Shown here piece by piece: positions 18,596-27,162 of a DNA stretch of 64,000 nucleotides. Where the stretch lies: positions 16,779 to 80,778 of the forward strand of contig CAYTED010000007.1 in the NCBI GenBank assembly GCA_964436855.1, written 5' to 3'. The notes under the pieces were generated by a model. It worked only from the letters and a program-made list of their open reading frames with translations, had not been told where the DNA came from and ran no database searches. The translations under genes were made by a program, and so were the position numbers. How positions within the stretch are numbered: the first letter of the stretch is position 1; every line of letters starts with the position of its first letter. The DNA is from an uncultured Bdellovibrionales bacterium. Lineage in GTDB: Bacteria > Patescibacteriota > Minisyncoccia > Moranbacterales > UBA1568.

Positions 18596-19656
18596 ATGAT
18601 TATTGGCGCCCTTCTTGGCGAAGCTGGTGGTTTATTTCCTTTTGGGTATCCGACACGAAAAAGAATAATCGGGGTTTTCCCTTGAGATCTCGGGAAAAGT
18701 TCTTCAAGCTTTTCGATAGCCTCTTTTTGCCATTTTTGTTCTTGAAAGGACATCCTTCCGACTTTGAGCAACTCATTTATTTTTGTCCCTGCAAGACCGT
18801 ACAATGGCTGCACCGCCACTCCATTTTTTGCAAAAGAGAGCCAAATTCGCTCCAGCGCTCGCCCTCCGTCAATATAGGTTTTCCGAGCCGAGAAAGGCCC
18901 TTTCATCACAAGAAAGCCGATCGCTGAAGAATGCCTGACGAGATTTCGGCTATTTGACGACGAAATAAATCCCATCACTCGATACAATGCAGAAATTCTC
19001 TTTACGAGAGAAAAAAAGAAAGGGAAAAAATATTTTTTCCATCCAAGCCCCATGTGTTCCGGGTGAATGCCATCCTTTTCTTCATCATGAAAACGAAAAG
19101 AGTTCCCAATATGACGCCTGAGCGATATATTTCCCCACAAAAAGTTTTCAAACGAAGCTGCCAGTGAAGCAAAAGACTGTTTTTCTTTTTCGTGAATCAG
19201 CCACAGAATTTCTCCCTGAAAGGACTTGGCCTCGGTATCTGCAGCGGCAAGTATATCCTCCGAAACCTTTTCGTTTAAATATGCCCGGCGATCCGTTGAT
19301 CGTTTTCGAAGAGCCCCAAAAAGGGGGTCTTCCGGAACTCGCTTTTCACTTATACGAGCGGTAAACATTTTATCTCCTGTTTTTCCGGGGACAATATCGA
19401 CGTGTATGCCTCTTTCCGTTGCTGCAATTTTGAGATTCTCCGCCAGCGCTCCAAATGATATCGCATCACCCGGATAGAGCGGATTAATACGGAATAAGAC
19501 CCTATCCTCATCATCCTTGTCGACAAAAAAAACGTCTATTTTCTCCCGAGATACCTCGAAAATCCACGGATGCAAATTATCCCCGGATGGCGCGGTATTC
19601 GCAATTCGTATGATTCTTTCGTATGCATGCTTCCACTCCATATATTCTTTGGACAA
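18586..19656 (-). CDS. SagB-type dehydrogenase (nitroreductase superfamily)
   Basis: TAPSGDNLHPW matches the P-S-A/G-G-x-L-x-P signature of SagB-type dehydrogenases; C-terminal nitroreductase-like half (GGRALERIWLSFAKNGVAVQPL). Overlaps thiF-like gene by 10 nt. Confidence 0.65.
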   Translation of the reverse strand: MSKEYMEWKHAYERIIRIANTAPSGDNLHPWIFEVSREKIDVFFVDKDDEDRVLFRINPLYPGDAISFGALAENLKIAATERGIHVDIVPGKTGDKMFTARISEKRVPEDPLFGALRKRSTDRRAYLNEKVSEDILAAADTEAKSFQGEILWLIHEKEKQSFASLAASFENFLWGNISLRRHIGNSFRFHDEEKDGIHPEHMGLGWKKYFFPFFFSLVKRISALYRVMGFISSSNSRNLVRHSSAIGFLVMKGPFSARKTYIDGGRALERIWLSFAKNGVAVQPLYGLAGTKINELLKVGRMSFQEQKWQKEAIEKLEELFPRSQGKTPIILFRVGYPKGNKPPASPRRAPIIIWK

Positions 19657-19713
19657 TACAATCAGTATACGATAAAATACTTCTTCTGAAAAAAATACTC
19701 TTTCAGACTCCCA

Positions 19714-21135
19714 TTATACCATCCGGAAATTTTTAAATTGCCATGGATCCGTTGCGTCGATATCTTCGGGAAACAGCCGGCTTCTTCCTTCAAGCGGTGT
19801 CCAATCGGCATATTCGCCAAAAACTTTTCCAAGATACGGTTTTGCTATTCGCAGAATTTCATCGTGCGGCATCTCGTCTGGTTCCATAATGCCGCATGTT
19901 GGATTTTTCATCGCCCATATGACCCCGGCAAGCACTCCAATGGCCACCTGAAGCGCGGTTGCCGAATTGTGTGGTGCAAGGCGCCTTGCTTCTTCAACCG
20001 AAAGGCGCGATCCATACCAATAAGTACCTTTTTTGTGCCCCATAAGAAGCACGCCAAGTTCATCCACGCCCGAAATTACCTCATCAGCAATGACGCGTTT
20101 TTCTTTTTGCAGCTCAAAATTATTTCCCTCAAATTCATGGACCGAAAGCACTGCATCATCGCAAGGATGATACGCATAATGCACCGTCGGCCGGTATGCC
20201 GGACATTCTCCCGATCCGATCGTAAGGTAATCCGCGATTGAAATCGATTCTCCATGCGTAATAAGAAATGCGTCCTGCGATCCGGCAAGTGGCACCCAGC
20301 TCCGAACGCGCGTCGACGCGCCCGGTCGACCGAGATATATCGCCGATCGACACCCAAAATCGAAACGTCGGCCATCATGCGGGAAGTGCTTCTCATGCGA
20401 ACCCCATCCGAGTTCGGATGGCTGACTCCCCTCACCTGTAAAACCATCAACCGACCAGGTATTTACAAATTCTCCATTGCGTTTTCGCGGATTTGAAATC
20501 TGTGTATCACGTTCAGCAATATGGATAACTTTTATCCCGATCTCCCGAGCAAGTATCGCCCATTCGGAACGCGTCTTTGGCTTTTCCCATTGATACCCCA
20601 CATCCTCGGCGATATGAAGAAGCGCTTTTTTCACAAAATGCGACACGAGCCCCGGATTCGCCCCATGCGTCAACACCGCAGTCGGTGCATTCTGGCCGTA
20701 TTGTTTCCGGAGCGAAAGCGCTGCTTCGCGTAACGCATAATTCGTTCGTTTTGCTTCCGGAATGGCACTGTCGGTATATCCACCCTCCCAGGGCTCAATC
20801 ACCGTATCAAGATACATCGCACCAACTTTCGCACCATAAGCAATAAGATCGATCGTCGAAACATCAACCGAGAGATTGACAATAAAATCCCCTCGGCTTA
20901 CATATTTTTTCAGTACAGAAAGATAATTGTCTTTTTTGAGCGGCTCAATATGAAACTCGATGCCATATTCTTCCGCTACATCCCTCCCTCGCTTGTCACT
21001 CGTTACAATAACGATTTGTTCTTTTGAGATATCAATATGCCGAAGAAGAAGCGGGAGCACCCCTTGTCCAACCGACCCGCATCCGATCATCACAATTTTT
21101 CCATCAAAACGAACTTCTTTTTTGTATCGCTGCAT
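19714..21135 (-). CDS. hss: Homospermidine synthase
   Basis: 473 aa. Block-by-block similarity to bacterial HSS as I recall it: IVMIGCGSVGQG, NLSVDVST, HIAERDTQ, VNTWSVDGF, TRVRSW, THGESISIADYLT, YRPTVHYAYHPCDDAVLSVHE, VDELGVLLMGH, LFPEDIDATDPWQFKNF. Confidence 0.9.
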   Translation of the reverse strand: MQRYKKEVRFDGKIVMIGCGSVGQGVLPLLLRHIDISKEQIVIVTSDKRGRDVAEEYGIEFHIEPLKKDNYLSVLKKYVSRGDFIVNLSVDVSTIDLIAYGAKVGAMYLDTVIEPWEGGYTDSAIPEAKRTNYALREAALSLRKQYGQNAPTAVLTHGANPGLVSHFVKKALLHIAEDVGYQWEKPKTRSEWAILAREIGIKVIHIAERDTQISNPRKRNGEFVNTWSVDGFTGEGSQPSELGWGSHEKHFPHDGRRFDFGCRSAIYLGRPGASTRVRSWVPLAGSQDAFLITHGESISIADYLTIGSGECPAYRPTVHYAYHPCDDAVLSVHEFEGNNFELQKEKRVIADEVISGVDELGVLLMGHKKGTYWYGSRLSVEEARRLAPHNSATALQVAIGVLAGVIWAMKNPTCGIMEPDEMPHDEILRIAKPYLGKVFGEYADWTPLEGRSRLFPEDIDATDPWQFKNFRMV

Positions 21136-21391
21136 TATTTTTCAGAATTATCGTATTATTTTCAACCAAGAAGAGCTTAGGAGTCTGCTGGAAAAGCTAT
21201 TTTCGTCACAAAATTTTGGAATTGCAGTAGAAAGTGAACTTTTCAACAGGCCCTTAAACTTCCCTCTGTGCAGCATACGGAAATTGAAAATTTTTGCAAG
21301 ACCACCCGCAAGCGACGTGCCAAGAATCCTGATTCATTCTATGATTCCTTCAGGGATTCTCTCACTCTTCACTCTTCACCTCTTCAAAAAT

Positions 21392-21772
21392 ATGAAAATT
21401 TCCCTCTTCGGAAATCAGGATCTCGATTTCGACAACCTGCCCCATCGGCTCCAATCTGGACTCGAACAAGCATTTCCAAATCTCTCTTTCATCGAAGAAG
21501 ATCCTCACGAACTCGACCTCCCGATCCGCGACCAAAATTGGATTATTATAGATACTGTCCGCGGACTCTCAAGGGTCACAATGCTTTCCGTCGACGATAT
21601 CGCGAAGCCAAATACCCGTGTAACGGCGCACGACTTCGATCTTACCGCTTTTCTCCTTTTTGCGAAAAAACTCGATCCGGCTCTTTCCGTTCGTATTATC
21701 GGGATCCCAATGGGCTACGACGAACAAAAAGCCCTCGAAGAAACCATTTTTCTTCTGAAATCTTTCGTGTAG
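21392..21772 (+). CDS. [NiFe] hydrogenase maturation endopeptidase (HycI/HyaD family)
   Basis: 126 aa from MKISLFGN...; pattern IIDTVRG...TAHDFDL...IIGIP typical of hydrogenase maturation proteases. ORF-track upstream extension discarded. Confidence 0.7.
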   Translation: MKISLFGNQDLDFDNLPHRLQSGLEQAFPNLSFIEEDPHELDLPIRDQNWIIIDTVRGLSRVTMLSVDDIAKPNTRVTAHDFDLTAFLLFAKKLDPALSVRIIGIPMGYDEQKALEETIFLLKSFV

Positions 21773-22248
21773 TTCTTATTCTCTCCATCCTTTCTTTTCA
21801 CCGGAAAAGAAAGGATGCAAACCCGCCTGCAACGCCTGTGCGTAGCACTGCGGGCAGGGAAAACTCTCTCCCTGCACTGCGCTTTGAAGGATATCCTCCT
21901 TGCTCCATCCTCGAATCTCGTGGCGCTTCGCTTCTTCCTGTCGATTCGATCCCTCGATTCTGCTTCGGAGGATATCCGGACAAAGCCTCGCTTGCGGTCG
22001 ATTCTTTCTCTTTCTTTCTCTCGTCCGTAAGTGGAGCTTTGATACAGATGCGAGATGAAGTGAAGCGTTCTGAAAGACACCTTCCGTAAGCAGGAAGCGA
22101 AGCGGCTCACGGAAGGTGAGCGGAACGAATCCGCATCTTTCAAAGCGGAATGCAGGACGACGCTTTTCTTTTATTCCTTTCTTTGTGCGCACAAAGAAAG
22201 GGGAATGTTTTTATGGTTAAAAGAAAGAATGAATCAGAGTATTTGTTT

Positions 22249-22290
22249 AAAAAAAGAAAAAATCCCGAACCGTATCGGGATTTTTTCGTT
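22249..22290. terminator. Bidirectional Rho-independent terminator ending the hydrogenase operon
   Basis: aaaaaagaaaaa-atcccga-accgta-tcgggat-tttttcg, 20 nt after large-subunit stop. Confidence 0.6.
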
Positions 22291-22305
22291 ATTCAATATC
22301 CACTC

Positions 22306-23625
22306 TCACATCTCTCTATCCTTTTCCCCCTCCTTCCACTCTACATCGAGAAAGTGCGACGCGCAGCTCATACACGGATCGTATGCACGGATGATTCGTT
22401 CGCAGCCGAGCGCGAGCGCTTCGCGGTCCATCGAAAGATTATCATTGATATAATCTTTCAAGTCGTACTCGATCGTAATCTGATTCTGCCCCGTCGGAAC
22501 GATAATTTCTCCTTCAACCACGATGCCGTTTTCATCGACTTCGAGTTTGTGGTAAAGCGTTCCTCGAGGTGCCTCGATCACTCCAACGCCAATCCCTGCT
22601 TTTTTCGGGAGTGCGATCGGTTTTTCTTCGACAAAATTTGCACTTTCAAGAAGATCAATTGCCTGATCCACCGAATGGAGAATGGCGATTGCTTGGGCAA
22701 GATTATTATGAAACACATCGTCCGATGGGAATTTTTCCAACGCATCTTTCGCATCACGTTTCGTGTTCGAATGAAGCGCGTCGCGATTGAGGTTCATTCG
22801 CGCGAGCGCGCCTACTCGGTACGGCTTCCCCTTGTACGCATATCCGCTCGCTTCCGAATACGGGATCACCACGTGTTCAAGGTGCTTTCGATAGTCCGCT
22901 TCTTCCGCGACCAATCCTTCCGAGTCGTGAATTTTTCCTTCGAGATACGAGAAATCCGGCGACACGAGCGCAAAATAATTCGACTCGCGCACGAATGAGA
23001 GCGGACTATTCAGAAATACTTGGATAAGCCGAAGCACCGCCGGACGAATCGATTTTAATTCTTCGATAATCGCGCCTTTCCCATTCATATCCGGCGTTTT
23101 TGCAAATCCTCCCGCCATCACGAATGGCGCGTGTACCGATCGTCCGCCCGTATAAATCGCCAAGTGATTCCCCGCTGCTTTTACCGCAAACGCGTCGTGC
23201 AACAAGTCATGTTGAATCGGATCATTCTCATCGAATTCAAGAAAAGAATCCTTCCCAAACAAATCCGGCATCGCGAAGATATACAAGTGAAGCGCGTGAT
23301 CGCGAATAATAAGCCCATGATAGAGAAGGTTTCGGAGCAGCATCGTCTGATCCGACGGCGTTACGCCAAGCGTCCGCTCCACCGCTTCGACGGAGGCGAG
23401 GATATGCGCATTGGAACACGTACCGCAGACACGCGCCAAAAGCTGCGGAATCGTCGATACCGGTTTCCCCTTGATCGCCTCGGTATAGAACCGCTTGAAT
23501 TCCTTGATGGAAAATTTTACGGACTCGACCTTGCCGTCTTTCAATTCAACATCGAGTCCGGCGGCGCCTTCGACCTTGGTGATTTCTTCGATCGAAAATC
23601 GGCTCATTTCGGATATTTGGTGCAT
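22306..23625 (-). CDS. [NiFe] hydrogenase large subunit (group 3-like, cytoplasmic)
   Basis: 439 aa; N-terminal RVCGTCS and C-terminal DPCMSCASH Ni-Fe ligand motifs, followed by a 15-aa C-terminal tail consistent with protease processing. Confidence 0.9.
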   Translation of the reverse strand: MHQISEMSRFSIEEITKVEGAAGLDVELKDGKVESVKFSIKEFKRFYTEAIKGKPVSTIPQLLARVCGTCSNAHILASVEAVERTLGVTPSDQTMLLRNLLYHGLIIRDHALHLYIFAMPDLFGKDSFLEFDENDPIQHDLLHDAFAVKAAGNHLAIYTGGRSVHAPFVMAGGFAKTPDMNGKGAIIEELKSIRPAVLRLIQVFLNSPLSFVRESNYFALVSPDFSYLEGKIHDSEGLVAEEADYRKHLEHVVIPYSEASGYAYKGKPYRVGALARMNLNRDALHSNTKRDAKDALEKFPSDDVFHNNLAQAIAILHSVDQAIDLLESANFVEEKPIALPKKAGIGVGVIEAPRGTLYHKLEVDENGIVVEGEIIVPTGQNQITIEYDLKDYINDNLSMDREALALGCERIIRAYDPCMSCASHFLDVEWKEGEKDREM

Positions 23626-23666
23626 ATTTTTCGAATTTTTTGATTACGAATTTCGAATGGAAAAAT

Positions 23667-24173
23667 TTATTTTTTCACTTCCGGAAGCGGGATATTGAAT
23701 TCGACGAGTGCGTCGTTTACCACTTTCAAGAACGCTTCTTCCGCCATCGGACAACCCGGAACCGACGCATCGATCGTGATGATCTCGTCTAGCTTCTTCA
23801 CCTTTTCTCCGTAATGAAATTTATCGAGAATAAACGCGATATCTTCCCGCTGTTCCTCGCCAAACGAATTCCGATGCGCCGACGGCATCCCCGTAATCGC
23901 ACACGCGCCGATCGCGACGATTTTCTTCGCGAGCCGCCGAATTTCTTTCAATTTCTCTTCTTGCTCCGGCGCCGTAATCGCACCCTCGACAAACGCGACA
24001 TCCATCTCATCCATCACGTTCTTCGTTTTCAACACCCGCGCATTTCGAATATCAAGCACTTCCTTCCACACCATATAGTGATCGTTCAGAAGCTCCGTAA
24101 ACATCACCGTACTATCCTCACAACACGTGAACGAAAACCATCCAATCCGCAGTTTTTTCTTTTGTTCGGACAT
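23667..24173 (-). CDS. [NiFe] hydrogenase small subunit (group 3 delta-like)
   Basis: 168 aa; Cys ligands CCEDS, GACAITG, PGCP typical of the proximal FeS cluster region of short small subunits. Confidence 0.85.
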   Translation of the reverse strand: MSEQKKKLRIGWFSFTCCEDSTVMFTELLNDHYMVWKEVLDIRNARVLKTKNVMDEMDVAFVEGAITAPEQEEKLKEIRRLAKKIVAIGACAITGMPSAHRNSFGEEQREDIAFILDKFHYGEKVKKLDEIITIDASVPGCPMAEEAFLKVVNDALVEFNIPLPEVKK

Positions 24174-24444
24174 AGAAAAAAATTATCTCTTATTCACAAC
24201 TGCAGTATACCCTAAAAAAACCAAGAAAAAAAACCGCAGCATATCGTCGCGGATAAACCCAACTCGAAAGCACAAAAGAAAATGAACTTGGAAATAGTGT
24301 ATCAAATTAAAAGAGTGAATTTAAAAGACCCGCCCTTCCCGGACTGGTCTTCTTCATTTTCTAAAATTCTACTCTCTTATTTCTATACTCTCACCCGCCT
24401 ATATCCCTTCGGGAAGTATGGCGGACAAGCCTCTTACTTCCTTA

Positions 24445-25260
24445 CTATAACCGATCCTTTCCGAGAATCACAAGGATGTCCGCCTCCGGCTTCGGCTCAC
24501 CGTCCGGCAACGGCACAACTTCCGCGGCATACTCTGTCGCGAGCTTCTTCGCGAGTTCGGAAAATGCTCCGCTCACATCCACCACGATCGTTTTCTCATA
24601 CACCCCTTCGGCAATCACCTCCTCCTTCACCGACAATTCGCTCCCATATTTCACCGCAAGTTCTCCGTCGTATTGTTTCGCAAGACCTCGCTTTTCAGTG
24701 CCATTTGACACGACGATTTCGGCGATTTTGGAAACTTCTTCCGGAAGCGACGTATGTTCTTCCAAAACCTGCTCGTTTGTTGTACCGGCAACTTCTCCCG
24801 TTTCGGCGGGCGATAGACTTGGCGCTGTTTTACTATCGATATTTATAATCGTCATATCAACCACCTTCTTCGTACTCGGTCGATAGAGAAACGCTTTTCT
24901 TGCTTCGGGATACAAAAGCACCTTATCGCCGTTTTCCGCCTTTCGAAAAAAACTCTGTCCGGAAAGTTTTGTTTTATCGGTTACTGTCGCGATAGTCGGC
25001 GCCTCCCCTTCCGGAAGTTCGATAGACTTTCCAATCGTTTCCAGAATAATATTCGTATCGGACTTGGACGCTTCTGTCAGCACCTGCCGATACCGTGCAT
25101 AAAAATATCCGGACGAAACAACCGCGCCTCCCAAAAGAAGCAAGAAAAAAGACTTCCATACAATATTCACAGAAAATCCTCCCCGAATCTTCTCCGGAAC
25201 ATTTTCAACCATTTCAACCTCCTCTTTCTTTTTGAAAAACATAATCTTATATCTTTTCAA
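24445..25260 (-). CDS. Membrane-anchored LytR_C-domain protein
   Basis: N-terminal TM; ~45-aa middle domain; C-terminal LytR_C-like domain ending ADILVILGKD (consensus ends advvvvlGkD). One of four paralogs. Confidence 0.6.
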   Translation of the reverse strand: MKRYKIMFFKKKEEVEMVENVPEKIRGGFSVNIVWKSFFLLLLGGAVVSSGYFYARYRQVLTEASKSDTNIILETIGKSIELPEGEAPTIATVTDKTKLSGQSFFRKAENGDKVLLYPEARKAFLYRPSTKKVVDMTIINIDSKTAPSLSPAETGEVAGTTNEQVLEEHTSLPEEVSKIAEIVVSNGTEKRGLAKQYDGELAVKYGSELSVKEEVIAEGVYEKTIVVDVSGAFSELAKKLATEYAAEVVPLPDGEPKPEADILVILGKDRL

Positions 25261-25275
25261 TTACGTATATGCGAT

Positions 25276-26118
25276 TTATTGATTTCCGACAATCACCAAG
25301 ACGTCCGCATCGGGAGAAATTTCTCCTTCCGGAAGCGATGGCATCAGTGTTCCTCCGACTGTTTGCGCGATATTTTTCAGAATATCGTTCGCCATGTCGG
25401 AAAAGCCGATTACGAGAACTCCCTGATAATTGTCGTATGCCGCTTTTTCGCTCCTCCGAATGTTCCACTCCGGGTATGCTTGAGAAATCAAGTTCTCAAG
25501 CGAAGCGACGACGGAAGCGTCTTTGGCGCCGTTATAGATCGCAATGGTTGGCTTTTCTTTGTTTTCGGAAACACTTTTTTCCCCAAGAACCACTCCCTCG
25601 CTTGTCTGCGGTCGATCTTTCGCGATATCTTTCCCGGATTGAGCGGCGGCATTTTCCGTTTCGATATCAACTGTCGTTACATCGATTATTTTCCCTGTTG
25701 ATGGCCGATAGAGAACCGCCCGACCGCCATCGCCATAGAGAAGAATTTTATCACCATTCTCCGCACGCTTGAAAAAAGGCTGGTCATCGAGCTTATTTTT
25801 ATTTGTAACGGTGGCAACCGTAGGAATCCCGTTCGGCAATTCCATTATTCTACCGACCTTTTTCACGAGTTTTTCAAGTTCTTTCTCGTCCGAAACTTGT
25901 TTCGATTGATTCTGAAAATAAAAAATTGTTCCGATCGCAAGCAGAGACACAAACATAGCAAGTGCAACCAAACGCCCCTTCTTTTTTGAAAACGATCGAA
26001 AAGCAGTCGGCGGAAATTCGATAGGAGTCGCTTCCCGCAGAACATCGGATTGACCCAAAAGAGCGTCCTCTATCTTTTTTTTTCGACGAGAAGATTTTAT
26101 TTGTTTCTGTTCAGGCAT
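25276..26118 (-). CDS. Membrane-anchored LytR_C-domain protein (paralog)
   Basis: IAIYNGAKDASVVASLENLI...DADVLVIVGNQ; same architecture. Confidence 0.6.
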   Translation of the reverse strand: MPEQKQIKSSRRKKKIEDALLGQSDVLREATPIEFPPTAFRSFSKKKGRLVALAMFVSLLAIGTIFYFQNQSKQVSDEKELEKLVKKVGRIMELPNGIPTVATVTNKNKLDDQPFFKRAENGDKILLYGDGGRAVLYRPSTGKIIDVTTVDIETENAAAQSGKDIAKDRPQTSEGVVLGEKSVSENKEKPTIAIYNGAKDASVVASLENLISQAYPEWNIRRSEKAAYDNYQGVLVIGFSDMANDILKNIAQTVGGTLMPSLPEGEISPDADVLVIVGNQ

Positions 26119-26372
26119 AGTGTACGCCGCTAGAAAAAGAATATCGGAAGTATTCTCATGGAAATTCCGCTTACAAGAAACGCGAGCAGAAACGCCTGAT
26201 CAAAAAAGAGGAAGAAATTTCTATTTCCCGTCGATGCGGCCGCCGTGGAGAGGGCGATATCAAACGTCCCCGAACCATTGTCCCGAAGCTCAATATCCGC
26301 AAATGCCATACGTTATTTTCAGTTAAAACGCTTCTCTATGATACCACACCCCTTCAATCTCAAAGAAACTTT

Positions 26373-27137
26373 TCAATGCTCCGCGCTTCCAACGATCACC
26401 AGGATATCGGCATCTTCCGAGTTTATATTTTCTTCCGCGGGAAGCGTCGTAGCCGTCGCTCCAAGAAACGTCGAAAGATTTTTGACCGCCTTGTCGTTTT
26501 CTCCGGTAACGTCGACTACCATTGTATCGATATATGATGTGCTTGCTTTTTTCTCGAGTACGATATTGATCTTGGGAAAACGTTCTTCTAACGTCTTTTT
26601 TAGCGCATTCGCCCGTCCGTAAGAACCGTCAAATATCGCGATGCGTATCGATTTTGTAATCGCGCTTTCAAACGATTGAGCGACCTCTTGCGGATTCTCG
26701 GGCTGAAATTCCGGCGAACTTTCTTGATTGTTTACCGGCGTCACTTTCTTTTGAAACTCCCCCTCCGACGACGATACCGCGTTGATATTCACCGAAGAAA
26801 TATCTACCAACTTCCCCTTACTTGGACGATAAAGAAACGCTCGTCCCGCATTTCTATACACGAGCACCTGATCGCCGACTTCAGCTCGATCGAAAAAATT
26901 CTGTCCCGAAAACCGTTTCAAATCATCGATAGTAAAAAATAACGGGTCTTCTTCTGTCGGTATATCGACAATCTTTTTTATTTTTTCGGTCACGGTTCGG
27001 ATATTTCGCGCTTCGATTTCTTCCGGAAGCAATCGGTATTCCCTATAAAAATACCAGGCGCTCGCCGCCGCCGAAAAAAGAATGATTCCCTGCAAAAGCA
27101 GGCTTTTCCAAGCGCTTCCAAACATACCTTCTTTCAT
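26373..27137 (-). CDS. Membrane-anchored LytR_C-domain protein (paralog)
   Basis: IAIFDGSYGRANALKKTLEERFP...DADILVIVGSAEH. Confidence 0.6.
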   Translation of the reverse strand: MKEGMFGSAWKSLLLQGIILFSAAASAWYFYREYRLLPEEIEARNIRTVTEKIKKIVDIPTEEDPLFFTIDDLKRFSGQNFFDRAEVGDQVLVYRNAGRAFLYRPSKGKLVDISSVNINAVSSSEGEFQKKVTPVNNQESSPEFQPENPQEVAQSFESAITKSIRIAIFDGSYGRANALKKTLEERFPKINIVLEKKASTSYIDTMVVDVTGENDKAVKNLSTFLGATATTLPAEENINSEDADILVIVGSAEH

Positions 27138-27162
27138 AATTCAGATTTCTCTTTATCGGAAT

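Noticed and set aside
21268-22192. ORFs 21268..22089 (+), 21715..22143 (-), 21776..22192 (-), 21798..21983 (-)
   Set aside because: Extremely Arg/Ser-rich, mutually overlapping in all frames across a palindrome-rich stretch. Interpreted as a non-coding structured region, not genes.
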